From the IMG/VR virus record IMGVR_UViG_3300026123_000400, positions 1 through 49,967 of that record: a DNA stretch of 49,967 bases. One strand, written 5' to 3'. Shown here piece by piece: positions 37,099-46,906 of this stretch. The notes beneath the pieces are model-generated. The model did no database searches. It saw only the letters and a program-made list of their open reading frames with translations, and was not told where the DNA came from. This DNA is from a virus (Duplodnaviria > Caudoviricetes). The position numbers and the translations under genes are program-made. The first letter of the stretch is position 1. Every line of letters begins with the position of its first letter.

Positions 37099-39105
37099 AT
37101 GTCTACATTAAAAACAAGTTCACAGGATCTAAACGTCCCAGCAAAGGTTATGCCAGCAACTGTTAATACACTGGTAGCAACTGATTACTGGGAGCATGAC
37201 GATAATCTTGGTGACAAATGGTGGGAAGGCGGTGATAACCCCCAACCATACCGCTGGGAAATTACTGTAACACTAGTACCGGTAGAACATGGTTCTCACT
37301 TGACTAGAACACCTTATAGATTCAATGGACTTGACGTAATTGTAGGCGATTATATCGCAGGTTCGACTGACGGTAAAGCCGTTCAAATTGTTAGCATTTT
37401 AGAAAAAACTGATACACAAGTTCGTTGTATTGTAGAAGACGTATTACGTTACAACACTTTCCGTAACCCATCAGGTGTAGGTATATTCACTGTTCCAGGA
37501 CAAGTTGTAATATTCCAGTTGAATGAGTTTGGTGAACCAATGATTGATCCACTGCCTATTGGCGTGGTATCAGAAGACTTCTATCCTAACGTAAACTCAC
37601 GTTTTAAATATCTAAACCTACGTTCACACTTTGTACTAGATAAAGAAAACCACGGGTTTCAAGAAGGCGATGTTATTGCTATTTCAGATGATGGTGTATT
37701 TGAACTATCGGACAGTTCTAACTTAGACAAACTTATTGGTACCGTATCACACGCAGGTCCAGGACCAAATAAATTCATGCTTAGACCTCTAAATGGTTTG
37801 ATTGATTTTGTACCAACATTGCCAGGAAACGCAGGTGACTTTATATATGCATCATCAGATGGTAGCGGAGACCTTACTGTCAACAATAGCGGCGCTCCTA
37901 TATTTCTAAACATTCGTGCCGCAATCCCATCTACTGTATTGGGTGAAGTAGAAAATGCTACAACATCTGCCGGCAACGTTATTGAAATAAACGATGTACA
38001 AGTAACCATGAGTGGCACAACTCTAGCAACGGCAGCAAACGATATTAATTTGTTAGAAAGTTCACATGGTGTAATTGCTAGTGTTATACCATCGCCAACA
38101 ACTGCTTTTTCTGATAATGTATCCTACACATCAGCATATGGTCTAGTAGGCGGTTATGCACCGTTTTCTGCCTCATTCAACGGCACAGTTGTTAACTTTA
38201 CAACAACATCTGCTGGTCAATCAACATATAATCAGCCAGTAGCAATTGCGGAAGACATGGCGTATGACATTAATAACGCAAATATTCCTAACATTGATGC
38301 GAAAGCAATAGACAACAAACTGTACATCTATGAACGCACCGGGTCTGCTCTAACGATTGCCAATGTAACAAACGATACAAACAACAATCCATTCGCAGGT
38401 TCAGGTTCTATCGCTTCTGTAGGTTTATCATATGCGGCAACAACTAGCGAAAACTTATTATTGACTCGTTCAAATGGTGGTGAAATTTTGCTACGTAATA
38501 TTTCCGGTACATCATTAGAAGACTTTGGTATTGTATCAGGACACAACGGGCATTACCCTATTGGACTAAATGTTGAGCAAGGCATTCGTACTACTCACAT
38601 CGTAGTAGTCGCTAATATACCTGCTCGTGACGCACTTGATAATCTACTCGTTGGTGACCAAGCATATGTTATTGATGCAGGCGAAGGCGAATGGGGCATG
38701 TATCTATGGGATGGTACTAATTGGGTTGTTATTGCGACTCAGGATAGTGCGGCAACTGATGCCAACTCTCTGTCACATACATTTACAATGCCACTAAATA
38801 CAGGTAACGATTTAGATACGGTCTTAATGGGTCGTATCAGCGATAATTCTCGTGTAGTGAGTGTTCTGGTTGAGGTTATAGAACCATTAACCGGTGGCAC
38901 TTCTACTCCAGAATTTAATTGCGGCACAGCGGCGCAATTTGATATATTAGCCAATGATGAATGGTTCGACTTAGAACTTCAAGGATCTTATGCGGTCACT
39001 CCCGACTTCCACTATGCTGGGGCGACGGAACTTGAATTATTTTCGACACTATCCCATTATGGCGCTACCGCTGGCGAAATTAAAGTAACAATTTCTTACG
39101 TATAA
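37099..39105 (+). CDS. virion structural protein
   Basis: Late operon; G/T/N-rich beta content; fibre-like ARDAL..GDQAYV..YLWDG motif. Confidence 0.75.
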   Translation: MSTLKTSSQDLNVPAKVMPATVNTLVATDYWEHDDNLGDKWWEGGDNPQPYRWEITVTLVPVEHGSHLTRTPYRFNGLDVIVGDYIAGSTDGKAVQIVSILEKTDTQVRCIVEDVLRYNTFRNPSGVGIFTVPGQVVIFQLNEFGEPMIDPLPIGVVSEDFYPNVNSRFKYLNLRSHFVLDKENHGFQEGDVIAISDDGVFELSDSSNLDKLIGTVSHAGPGPNKFMLRPLNGLIDFVPTLPGNAGDFIYASSDGSGDLTVNNSGAPIFLNIRAAIPSTVLGEVENATTSAGNVIEINDVQVTMSGTTLATAANDINLLESSHGVIASVIPSPTTAFSDNVSYTSAYGLVGGYAPFSASFNGTVVNFTTTSAGQSTYNQPVAIAEDMAYDINNANIPNIDAKAIDNKLYIYERTGSALTIANVTNDTNNNPFAGSGSIASVGLSYAATTSENLLLTRSNGGEILLRNISGTSLEDFGIVSGHNGHYPIGLNVEQGIRTTHIVVVANIPARDALDNLLVGDQAYVIDAGEGEWGMYLWDGTNWVVIATQDSAATDANSLSHTFTMPLNTGNDLDTVLMGRISDNSRVVSVLVEVIEPLTGGTSTPEFNCGTAAQFDILANDEWFDLELQGSYAVTPDFHYAGATELELFSTLSHYGATAGEIKVTISYV

Positions 39106-39259
39106 TTAACGTATTAGATAACTATTTTGATTTCGTGTATAAATAGATATAACAGAGTTTTTGAGGGAATTAACTCTGTTTTAATTTTCACCCTGATGTA
39201 CAATTCCAGGAAAAATTTTTTAACATCCATTAATTAATAATATTTAAGGAGATTTAATA

Positions 39260-41299
39260 ATGGCTTCAATTAAAAATTTCGGTATTTCAGGCGTTTCATC
39301 GGACGTACAATTTGGTAAGGGCAATGGTCGCGTAGTATACAACGCAAACCAAGAAGCAGGCGACACAGGTGACACGGGTCGTTTCCGTATTACCGCTGAC
39401 GGTTCTTCGCTAATGAAACTACAAGTTGCTGAGCCGTTTGCTAACACAGACGCCGCGACAAAATTTTATGTAGATGACGCTATCTCAGCAATTTCAGGTG
39501 CTGGTTCAATTGCTGATATCGAATCTGATATCGCTGCAATCACTGCTTCAGTTGGTCTAACAACTGATGCTAACGGTCGCGTAGAAACTTACAATGCTGC
39601 CACAGTATTCTCTGGTGACACTTACCTATCTGGTACTGACACTGACATTCTAACTGCTCTAGGTACTCTAGATTCAGCGGCTGCTGGTATTGATACTAAC
39701 GTAAGCAACATTGAAACTTCAATGGGTTCTATGATCGATGCAAACGGTAACTTCGTTACTACTGACCTATTGAATAGTAACTCTATGACTAGTGCTACTA
39801 ACGTTACAGAAGCACTACTTGCTCTTGACTCTGACCTACAAGCATACCAAAATGCAGTTTCTACATCTGCTGGCAGCATCATCGATGCTACAGGTGCATG
39901 GTCGGCTGCAGGTCTAGCAGGTACTTCTATGGACGGCGCTGTTTCTCTAGAGGCTGCTCTTGTTGCACTAGATACTGCTATCGAAGGTAAAGATACTCTA
40001 GCAGAACTACTAGATACAGAAATCACTGCTGTTGCTGACAACCAAGTTCTAACTTGGGATGCTACTGCTAACGCTAACGCTGGTGCATGGGTTAACTCTG
40101 ATGACCTATTCCTAAACGGTGAACTAGTTGTAACTGGTAACGTTTCTGCTCTAGCAAACCTAGTACTAAACGCTGATGCGACTGGTGCGGCTACTGATGA
40201 TGCTATCATCATGGTAGAACGTGGTGATGATCCAAACGTTGACATTCGTTACAACGAAACTGACAACCAGTGGGAATTCACTAACGATGGTACTACTTAC
40301 TACCCATTCCTATCTACTGCGGATGTGTTTGGTGGTCTATCTGTAACAAACAGCGAAGGTTCACTATCTTCACTAGCATTCAACTCTACTACTGGCGTAT
40401 TCACTTACGACGGTGTAACTGATGCTGAAGTTCGTAACCTACTAAGTGCTACTAACGTTACTGCTGATGCTGGTGGTTCTATCGGTTCACTAACTTACAA
40501 TGCTACTACTGGTGTATTCAACCTAGACTTATCTGCTACTGATATCGGTGGTGCGATGGTCGGTGGTGTTGGTGTAACTCTAACTGATGATTCACCTAAC
40601 GACGGTGTATTCGAAATCAACATCGGTCAAGACGTTTCTACAACTTCTGATGTTACTTTCGCTAACGTTTCAGTTAACGGTACTCTATTCACTGATGACG
40701 TAACTGCGGCTACTGTTACTGCTTCTGGTGACGTTGTTGTTCAAGGTAACCTAACAGTTTCTGGTACAACTACTACAGTTAACACTGAAACTATCAACCT
40801 AGCAGACAACATCATTACTCTAAACAGTAATGAAGCAGGTACTCCATCTCAGAACGGTGGTATTGAAATTGAACGTGGTACTGAAACAAACGTTGCTCTA
40901 CGTTGGAACGAAACTTCTGACAAGTGGGAAGTAACCACTGACGGTACTAACTACTTCGAAATCGGCACCGACGCTGACAAAGATGTATACGTTGAACGTG
41001 CGGCTCTAACAAATGCAGGCGGTTCTATCGGTACTATTGCTAACGTTTCTGGTCGTACTTACTACGCTTCTAAAGTAACTGTTACCGTTACTACTGCGTT
41101 TGACGGTACTGGTCTAACTGTTACTGGTGGTGGTCAAACTCTAGCAACTTCGTCTGACATTGACGAAGCAACTGTAGGTACTTACGTAATCGAACAAGAT
41201 TACCAAACTGCAATGACTGCTGGTGGTGCTATCGCTCTAGCGACTGGTTCTGCTACTGCAGGTGCTGCAATCGTAACTGTTGAGTACGTTGCTGTCTAA
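39260..41299 (+). CDS. abundant virion fibre or decoration protein
   Basis: TATAAATA at 39138; SD AAGGAG; strong codon bias; DAATKFYVD, GNLTVSGTTTTVNT..DNIITLN..GIEIERG. Confidence 0.82.
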   Translation: MASIKNFGISGVSSDVQFGKGNGRVVYNANQEAGDTGDTGRFRITADGSSLMKLQVAEPFANTDAATKFYVDDAISAISGAGSIADIESDIAAITASVGLTTDANGRVETYNAATVFSGDTYLSGTDTDILTALGTLDSAAAGIDTNVSNIETSMGSMIDANGNFVTTDLLNSNSMTSATNVTEALLALDSDLQAYQNAVSTSAGSIIDATGAWSAAGLAGTSMDGAVSLEAALVALDTAIEGKDTLAELLDTEITAVADNQVLTWDATANANAGAWVNSDDLFLNGELVVTGNVSALANLVLNADATGAATDDAIIMVERGDDPNVDIRYNETDNQWEFTNDGTTYYPFLSTADVFGGLSVTNSEGSLSSLAFNSTTGVFTYDGVTDAEVRNLLSATNVTADAGGSIGSLTYNATTGVFNLDLSATDIGGAMVGGVGVTLTDDSPNDGVFEINIGQDVSTTSDVTFANVSVNGTLFTDDVTAATVTASGDVVVQGNLTVSGTTTTVNTETINLADNIITLNSNEAGTPSQNGGIEIERGTETNVALRWNETSDKWEVTTDGTNYFEIGTDADKDVYVERAALTNAGGSIGTIANVSGRTYYASKVTVTVTTAFDGTGLTVTGGGQTLATSSDIDEATVGTYVIEQDYQTAMTAGGAIALATGSATAGAAIVTVEYVAV

Positions 41300-41324
41300 T
41301 TTTATTAGATAGATAATATCGACT

Positions 41325-41351
41325 AAAAGAGACCTTCGGGTCTCTTTTTTT
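41325..41351 (+). terminator. intrinsic terminator
   Basis: AAAAGAGACC-TTCG-GGTCTCTTTT. Confidence 0.92.
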
Positions 41352-41404
41352 GCCTCTTTTTTCTTTACAAAGATAAATAGATATAGTATAATGAGGGAAT
41401 ACGT

Positions 41405-41722
41405 ATGACTTATATGTGGGAAAGAGCACCGGAATATTTTAGCAGATGGAGAATTTTTCCGAGAATATTTATTAGCATGTACATTTATTTGCTATGGAAA
41501 GTATCTGTATGGTTTATGAATTTGCCCGCCCCAACAATGGAACAAGCAGGTTTTGTTTCTGTTATAGTAGGTTCAGGTGCGGCATGGTTTGGCTTATATG
41601 TTAATAGCGGTAATGGGTTTAAGGTGGATGCACAACAATCCTATAACGTACCGAACCAAAGTGAACCAAAATACACTCAGTATACAGGGTCGTTTGGTGG
41701 TAACAAAAACTCGCCGGGATAA
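41405..41722 (+). CDS. two-TM membrane protein (holin-like)
   Basis: WRIFPRIF..WFM.LP.PT.EQAGFVS..GAAWFGLY; late promoter at 41373. Confidence 0.7.
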   Translation: MTYMWERAPEYFSRWRIFPRIFISMYIYLLWKVSVWFMNLPAPTMEQAGFVSVIVGSGAAWFGLYVNSGNGFKVDAQQSYNVPNQSEPKYTQYTGSFGGNKNSPG

Positions 41723-41746
41723 CACTTATATAGGAAACAACAAGTA

Positions 41747-42208
41747 ATGAACAAAAATAAGTTCAGACATTATCTACGATTAAGAATGGATGAAGAATTG
41801 GATAAACATGCTATCCGAGGTCTAATTACAGTATTGCGTAAAACAATACCTAATATATTCAGCCCACTTATCGAAGGTGCAGTTGTACTACATCGTGTTA
41901 ATACCGACGGACATGCATATGATTTTAAAATGGATCGTAATGTAACCTCAGACGAAGCAGAAGTTATCTTAGAGTTAATTAATGAATGGACTCAATTTGA
42001 TTACATCATGGAAATTACAACTAGCGAAGCATACGATTTGCCATGCGGGGAAGACGAACAAGATATTACTGCAATGAACCACAATCGTTGGGTTCAAAAA
42101 CAAGTGAACGGCGGATGGAGATATGGATTGGTATTTAATGAAGAATTGAAAACAGATCCTAGACTAAGACCTTATCACGAGTTATCCGAACGATTGAAAA
42201 ACTTATAA
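41747..42208 (+). CDS. RyR-domain protein
   Basis: HNRWV..GWRYG..KTDPRLRPYHEL. Confidence 0.75.
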   Translation: MNKNKFRHYLRLRMDEELDKHAIRGLITVLRKTIPNIFSPLIEGAVVLHRVNTDGHAYDFKMDRNVTSDEAEVILELINEWTQFDYIMEITTSEAYDLPCGEDEQDITAMNHNRWVQKQVNGGWRYGLVFNEELKTDPRLRPYHELSERLKNL

Positions 42209-42221
42209 AGGCGACCATATT

Positions 42222-42758
42222 ATGTCTGGAACAAAAAGAGTATACGACATTGATTCAAGTGAGTATTACAAATTTTTCGGCATAGAACAAAAATTTTCAA
42301 TCAGTGTACGAAGTCTAACTTCCCACTATAAACGTATATGTGGCATACTTTCAAAAGAAGGCGATGTTATTAAAAACAACAAACTATCGTTTGCGAAAAC
42401 AGGATTTGAAACACTACTAAATCCCATATCAAGAGCCAAATACATTTTGAAGTTGAAAGGGTTCGATGATTTTAATGACACTAACCCAACTACTGATATA
42501 TCTATTGCCAGTCAATTGAAATTACAACTAAAAAATTCAAATGACATAGAAAGTATAAACTTATTGATAGGCGAACTAAAAGAACAGTCTGATTTCATTA
42601 TAGAACAAATTAGAAAAAACATTGATGTGAAACAAAACTATAGAGTTGCGTCAAGTTTTGTGACTAGATGGTATGAATTGCAAAAAATATATAAACTTGC
42701 AAAAGAGAAACGTAAACTCATTGGTGTCAATGCAAAATTAATACCAATAGAAACTTAA
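42222..42758 (+). CDS. HscB-like co-chaperone lacking the HPD motif
   Basis: YYKFFGI..F.I..L..HY; F.TLLNPISRAKYILKLKG; C-terminal A..V.R..L.K helix. Confidence 0.7.
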   Translation: MSGTKRVYDIDSSEYYKFFGIEQKFSISVRSLTSHYKRICGILSKEGDVIKNNKLSFAKTGFETLLNPISRAKYILKLKGFDDFNDTNPTTDISIASQLKLQLKNSNDIESINLLIGELKEQSDFIIEQIRKNIDVKQNYRVASSFVTRWYELQKIYKLAKEKRKLIGVNAKLIPIET

Positions 42759-42771
42759 GTCGGGAGATGGT

Positions 42772-43248
42772 ATGACAATATTTTTAAAATGGTGGTTAAT
42801 ATTTTGCTTATCTATAGCAACTATAGTAACCTCTCACTTTCTGGGTATGACCCAAGAACTATTAGACAGCGATATAACAAGACTCAGTTTTGTAATTGTA
42901 GGTCTTTTTGTAATAACAAGTATGTATATGGGCAAAGCCGCGTACAACAAGCAACATGACCAAGACTATCAAACTGGATTGTGGGTAGGAAATTACGTAT
43001 ATGAACTACTACCTATATTAGGTCTAATAGGGACAGTTATCGGTTTCATCTATATGTTTGGTGGTAGTTTCAGTACGATGGACCCGAGCGACCAAGATTC
43101 TGTCAAAGACGCACTGATAGCAATGGCCGCAGGCATAAGTACAGCATTGTACACTACACTGTTAGGTATGATTACGAGTGAAGTGTTAAAACTACAGGTT
43201 ATAAACTTAGAAGGTCGTTACGATGCAACCGAAAAAACTGACACCTAA
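42772..43248 (+). CDS. MotA/TolQ/ExbB-family membrane protein
   Basis: LPILGLIGTVIG..GISTALYTTLLG. Confidence 0.85.
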   Translation: MTIFLKWWLIFCLSIATIVTSHFLGMTQELLDSDITRLSFVIVGLFVITSMYMGKAAYNKQHDQDYQTGLWVGNYVYELLPILGLIGTVIGFIYMFGGSFSTMDPSDQDSVKDALIAMAAGISTALYTTLLGMITSEVLKLQVINLEGRYDATEKTDT

Positions 43249-43936
43249 AATAAACGATACCAGTATAAAAGATGTACTGTTTATTATTGTTATTGGACTG
43301 GCGTCACTATTTGTTATTGCATTCTTACTAATCAATCCGCCAACCAAGAAACATGATGCCCCTAAGAAAGCAGAATATCTTTTTACTCTTGAATGGCATA
43401 AAGATTCAACTGATGATTTAGATATATGGGTTCTTGGACCTCAAGGAAATGTTCTTTCGTTCCGTGATAAATCAGTAGGCCTATTACATCTTGAACGTGA
43501 TGATTTGGGCATGTCTAATGACAAATACAAAGAAGATGATGGAACTGTACATTATGTAAGGTTTAACCGTGAAGTTGTTACTATGCGAGGACTGCAACCA
43601 GGTAAGTATACTATAGCAGTTGGTGTATATCAAAACACGTTTACGCTGTTAGAATCTATACAAAAAGGCGGTAAATCAGAAAGAGTTAATTACTCTCCCA
43701 ATGACCAAAAGTTGTTGGATACCAAACAATTTACAGTGAACATAATTAAAATGAATCCTTCATACAAAGAAGTATATTCAGTCACGTTGCCATACAGACT
43801 AAAAGGACAGGAACTAACTATAGCAAACTTTGAAATAAATGATAACGGTGACATAGTATCTTTGGATACTTACGACAATCCTTTCATCTACCGCAATACC
43901 AAAGGCGGTGGGGTTGAACGCGCATCTGAGAATTAG
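43223..43936 (+). CDS. single-TM partner of the MotA/ExbB-like protein
   Basis: Asp in the N-terminal TM (KDVLF); W..DDLDIWV.GPQG..LERDD..NRE. Confidence 0.7.
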   Translation: MQPKKLTPKINDTSIKDVLFIIVIGLASLFVIAFLLINPPTKKHDAPKKAEYLFTLEWHKDSTDDLDIWVLGPQGNVLSFRDKSVGLLHLERDDLGMSNDKYKEDDGTVHYVRFNREVVTMRGLQPGKYTIAVGVYQNTFTLLESIQKGGKSERVNYSPNDQKLLDTKQFTVNIIKMNPSYKEVYSVTLPYRLKGQELTIANFEINDNGDIVSLDTYDNPFIYRNTKGGGVERASEN

Positions 43937-43944
43937 AGGACGAC

Positions 43945-44430
43945 ATGAATTTACTAGAACTAACACCCATACTAATATCACTAGGATTTCTAAGTCTATT
44001 ACTGTTATGGATTGCCATAACAAATCGAAAGAATCCAAAATTACTAATGGTTATTATACCAGTAACTATACTGGCAAACCTAACGGTATTTTTTACATTT
44101 GACCGATTGTTAGGTTACCCAGTTGTGGGTAAAATACCTGATGGTAGTTTATACATACATCATGTTGGTAGTATGGACAAAGAGTGGATGCATGTTTGGG
44201 TCTATGAAAAAAATGATGACAACAATATTTCTCCAAGAGCATACAGCATTCCAAACACAAAGAACAATCGTAAACAAATGGAACAGGCTCGCAAAAAAGG
44301 GGAGCAAGGAGTACCACAACAAGTTCAGGAACAACAAGTTAAAGGTTCCAATGTGGATACAGAAAAAACAGAATACGAAATGTACGACTTTGATCCTGTG
44401 CAGGCAATGTCAAAAAATGGAACAGAATAA
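43945..44430 (+). CDS. membrane protein
   Basis: Two TM segments, LGYP, PRAY; SD GAGGA. Confidence 0.75.
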   Translation: MNLLELTPILISLGFLSLLLLWIAITNRKNPKLLMVIIPVTILANLTVFFTFDRLLGYPVVGKIPDGSLYIHHVGSMDKEWMHVWVYEKNDDNNISPRAYSIPNTKNNRKQMEQARKKGEQGVPQQVQEQQVKGSNVDTEKTEYEMYDFDPVQAMSKNGTE

Positions 44431-44486
44431 TAGTTGACTGATAACCTTTAGGATGCTATTATTAGAATAATAAAGAGTGAAATACT

Positions 44487-44777
44487 ATGCATAAACTAAT
44501 ACAAAAACACGACGGCGAAAAACTAGTTTACATATGGCAAGATAATAATCTCAACCATTTAAGTCCTCCATTCGATACACTTGAAGAGGCTGAAAATTGG
44601 TTTATAAAGTCAAAACACTATGACGATAAAAATACTGAATCTAGAAGAATTAGACACCACGATGTTGACAGACGACATCCCAACGACCGTAGAAAACGAA
44701 TATCTATGATGCCTGATAGACGAACAAGTCCATACGGTAGACGCTGGCGAGACGAAATAAACAAGTTTAGGAAATAA
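44487..44777 (+). CDS. Arg-rich hypothetical protein
   Basis: DRR repeats; promoter-like TTGACT..TATTAT upstream. Confidence 0.65.
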   Translation: MHKLIQKHDGEKLVYIWQDNNLNHLSPPFDTLEEAENWFIKSKHYDDKNTESRRIRHHDVDRRHPNDRRKRISMMPDRRTSPYGRRWRDEINKFRK

Positions 44778-44779
44778 GC

Positions 44780-44804
44780 AAAAGCGGGATTGTCCCGCTT
44801 TTTT
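44780..44804 (+). terminator. intrinsic terminator
   Basis: AAAAGCGGGA-ttg-TCCCGCTTTT. Confidence 0.85.
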
Positions 44805-44876
44805 CTCGGATAGACATTTCTCACCTAAAAGATAAATACAATAAAGACAAACTTTAACTAGGATTTGATTTTGTAA

Positions 44877-46016
44877 ATGAAAATAGCAGAAATTATAACA
44901 GAGAGTGTACTATTCGAAGCAAAGCAACTAGGCAGAGCATTCAATCACCTCGAAGACCTTGTATTTTTTCACGGTAGTCAAGGAACGATTGAAGCATTGG
45001 ATCACCTAAGAGACATTGCTACAGAAGAAGGTGCAAAGTCTATTCGTATGAAATGGGATGGTTCACCTCAAGTATATTGGGGTCGTGAACAAGCAGGCGG
45101 GCCTCTTGTATTGGCAGGACACAATGGTTGGGCACGAGGTGCTAAACACAGTAATCCAGCAGACATAGAAGATTTTATCGCAAATCAATCTGGTAACCCT
45201 AAGACGCCAGAAGAGAAAGCAGAACGTGGAGCATTTGCTAAACAATTTGCTAATCTATATCCACTATTTGATGCCGCAACACCAAAAGACTTTGTTGGTT
45301 ATGTATATGCGGATGCGCTGTTCTTGACTAGACCAGAACTAAAAGATGGGATATATACATTCTGTCCCAACCCTAAATCACAAACTTGCTATCATGTAAG
45401 ACAAGACAGTGAACTAGGTAGAAGAATAGCACAATCAGAGGTTATGGTTGTGGCACATGCTTTCTTCCCAGAGTTTGGTATGCCTGACCATGAACAACAA
45501 CCACTATCTGACTTTAGTGAATTCAACAAAACAAGTAAACTTATCGTGCAAGGACCTATATACAACAGCAAACCTGTTAAAGTACAGACTACCGCAATTG
45601 ACAAAGTAGAAACATTCCTAAAGTCTCATGCTAATAACATTGATAAGTTCCTAGAAAGTATGAAAGGTCTAGGAGATTTAAAAGAAATACTGTACAGATT
45701 CGTAAACCAAACAGCAAAAGCAAAACGTTTGGACCATCTGAGTGATGCAGAGTTTTGGAAGTGGCTAGAAACAAGTAAAGTTAGTTTGCCGAAACAACAA
45801 CGAATTAAAGAACTAAATGACAATACAAAAGCATTACCAGCAATCTTTACACTAATCAAAATGATTCAACGAATGAAAGACGATATTATTGACCAAGTGG
45901 AAGGCGAGCAAGGTGATATTTGGGATACCAACGGTGAAGGCCGTGTACGTTATGCCGACGATAGAAAACAATTCGGCAATGTTAAACTAGTACCAAGAAA
46001 AAGGTGGACACCATAA
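44877..46016 (+). CDS. RNA-ligase/nucleotidyltransferase-like phage protein (DUF6267-like)
   Basis: HLEDL, KWDGSP (KxDG), GEGRV, VKLV.R; late promoter at 44832. Confidence 0.7.
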   Translation: MKIAEIITESVLFEAKQLGRAFNHLEDLVFFHGSQGTIEALDHLRDIATEEGAKSIRMKWDGSPQVYWGREQAGGPLVLAGHNGWARGAKHSNPADIEDFIANQSGNPKTPEEKAERGAFAKQFANLYPLFDAATPKDFVGYVYADALFLTRPELKDGIYTFCPNPKSQTCYHVRQDSELGRRIAQSEVMVVAHAFFPEFGMPDHEQQPLSDFSEFNKTSKLIVQGPIYNSKPVKVQTTAIDKVETFLKSHANNIDKFLESMKGLGDLKEILYRFVNQTAKAKRLDHLSDAEFWKWLETSKVSLPKQQRIKELNDNTKALPAIFTLIKMIQRMKDDIIDQVEGEQGDIWDTNGEGRVRYADDRKQFGNVKLVPRKRWTP

Positions 46017-46606
46017 TGAGAATATATAATCTATTTGAAGGTAAAGAAAACACTGTTGGTATTATATTTGGCAGGTTTAATCCGCCACATAAAGGGCACG
46101 TTGCTGCTTGGGAACTGGCGAGTCAAAATGACGAATGGTATGTAAGTACTAACCCAAGTACTGTGGGACCAAAAGATCCACTACCACTAGAAGTTAAAAA
46201 GCAAGCAATGTTTGCTATGATGCCAGAGATTAAAAATCATTTTGTAACAGAACAAAGTTGGTTAACATTGGCAGCAATGGTATACAAGAAACACGGATCT
46301 GTATCATTAATAGTATACACAGACGAAGATTGGGTAACGAAAACATTACAGAAGTACAATGGTGATGAAGGTGCGCATGGTAAATATGCGTTTAAAGACA
46401 TTATACAGCACCCTACGCCACGATTAAGTAGTGCAACAGATGTACGTGAAGCAGTATTAAATCAAGACCCTAAGGCATTTGAAAAAGCAACGGGTGTGCC
46501 TGCCAGCACTAAAGTTGGAGGTAAATCATATTTTGATGTGGTATCAGAATACTTGTTACCATATAAAGAATTAATTGACGCAAAAGCAAAAAAAGCGAGG
46601 AAATAA
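46016..46606 (+). CDS. cytidylyltransferase-like (HxGH) protein
   Basis: FGRFNPPHKGH, KDPL, SSATDVR. Confidence 0.85.
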   Translation: MRIYNLFEGKENTVGIIFGRFNPPHKGHVAAWELASQNDEWYVSTNPSTVGPKDPLPLEVKKQAMFAMMPEIKNHFVTEQSWLTLAAMVYKKHGSVSLIVYTDEDWVTKTLQKYNGDEGAHGKYAFKDIIQHPTPRLSSATDVREAVLNQDPKAFEKATGVPASTKVGGKSYFDVVSEYLLPYKELIDAKAKKARK

Positions 46607-46609
46607 ACA

Positions 46610-46894
46610 ATGGCAATTTTCAGTAATGGCGCATTCAAGCCATACAAAACATACAACATTACAGCAGGTACATCACCTGTTAGTACACCAGCGTTTGAAC
46701 ATATCGGCGGTGTTATACGAATAGCGGCAATGACTGATATATATGTTGCTGTTGGTTTAAATCCAGTAGCAACAAAAGAATCAATGATTATACCAAAAGG
46801 TAAAGTTGAGTATCTAATTGCGAAAGAAAATGAAAAGTTATCAGTACTACAGGTCAGTCAGTCTGGCATAGTATCTGTATCGGAAATACAATAA
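46610..46894 (+). CDS. small putative structural protein
   Basis: SD GAGGA; beta-rich. Confidence 0.7.
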   Translation: MAIFSNGAFKPYKTYNITAGTSPVSTPAFEHIGGVIRIAAMTDIYVAVGLNPVATKESMIIPKGKVEYLIAKENEKLSVLQVSQSGIVSVSEIQ

Positions 46895-46906
46895 GGAGAG
46901 AGAACG

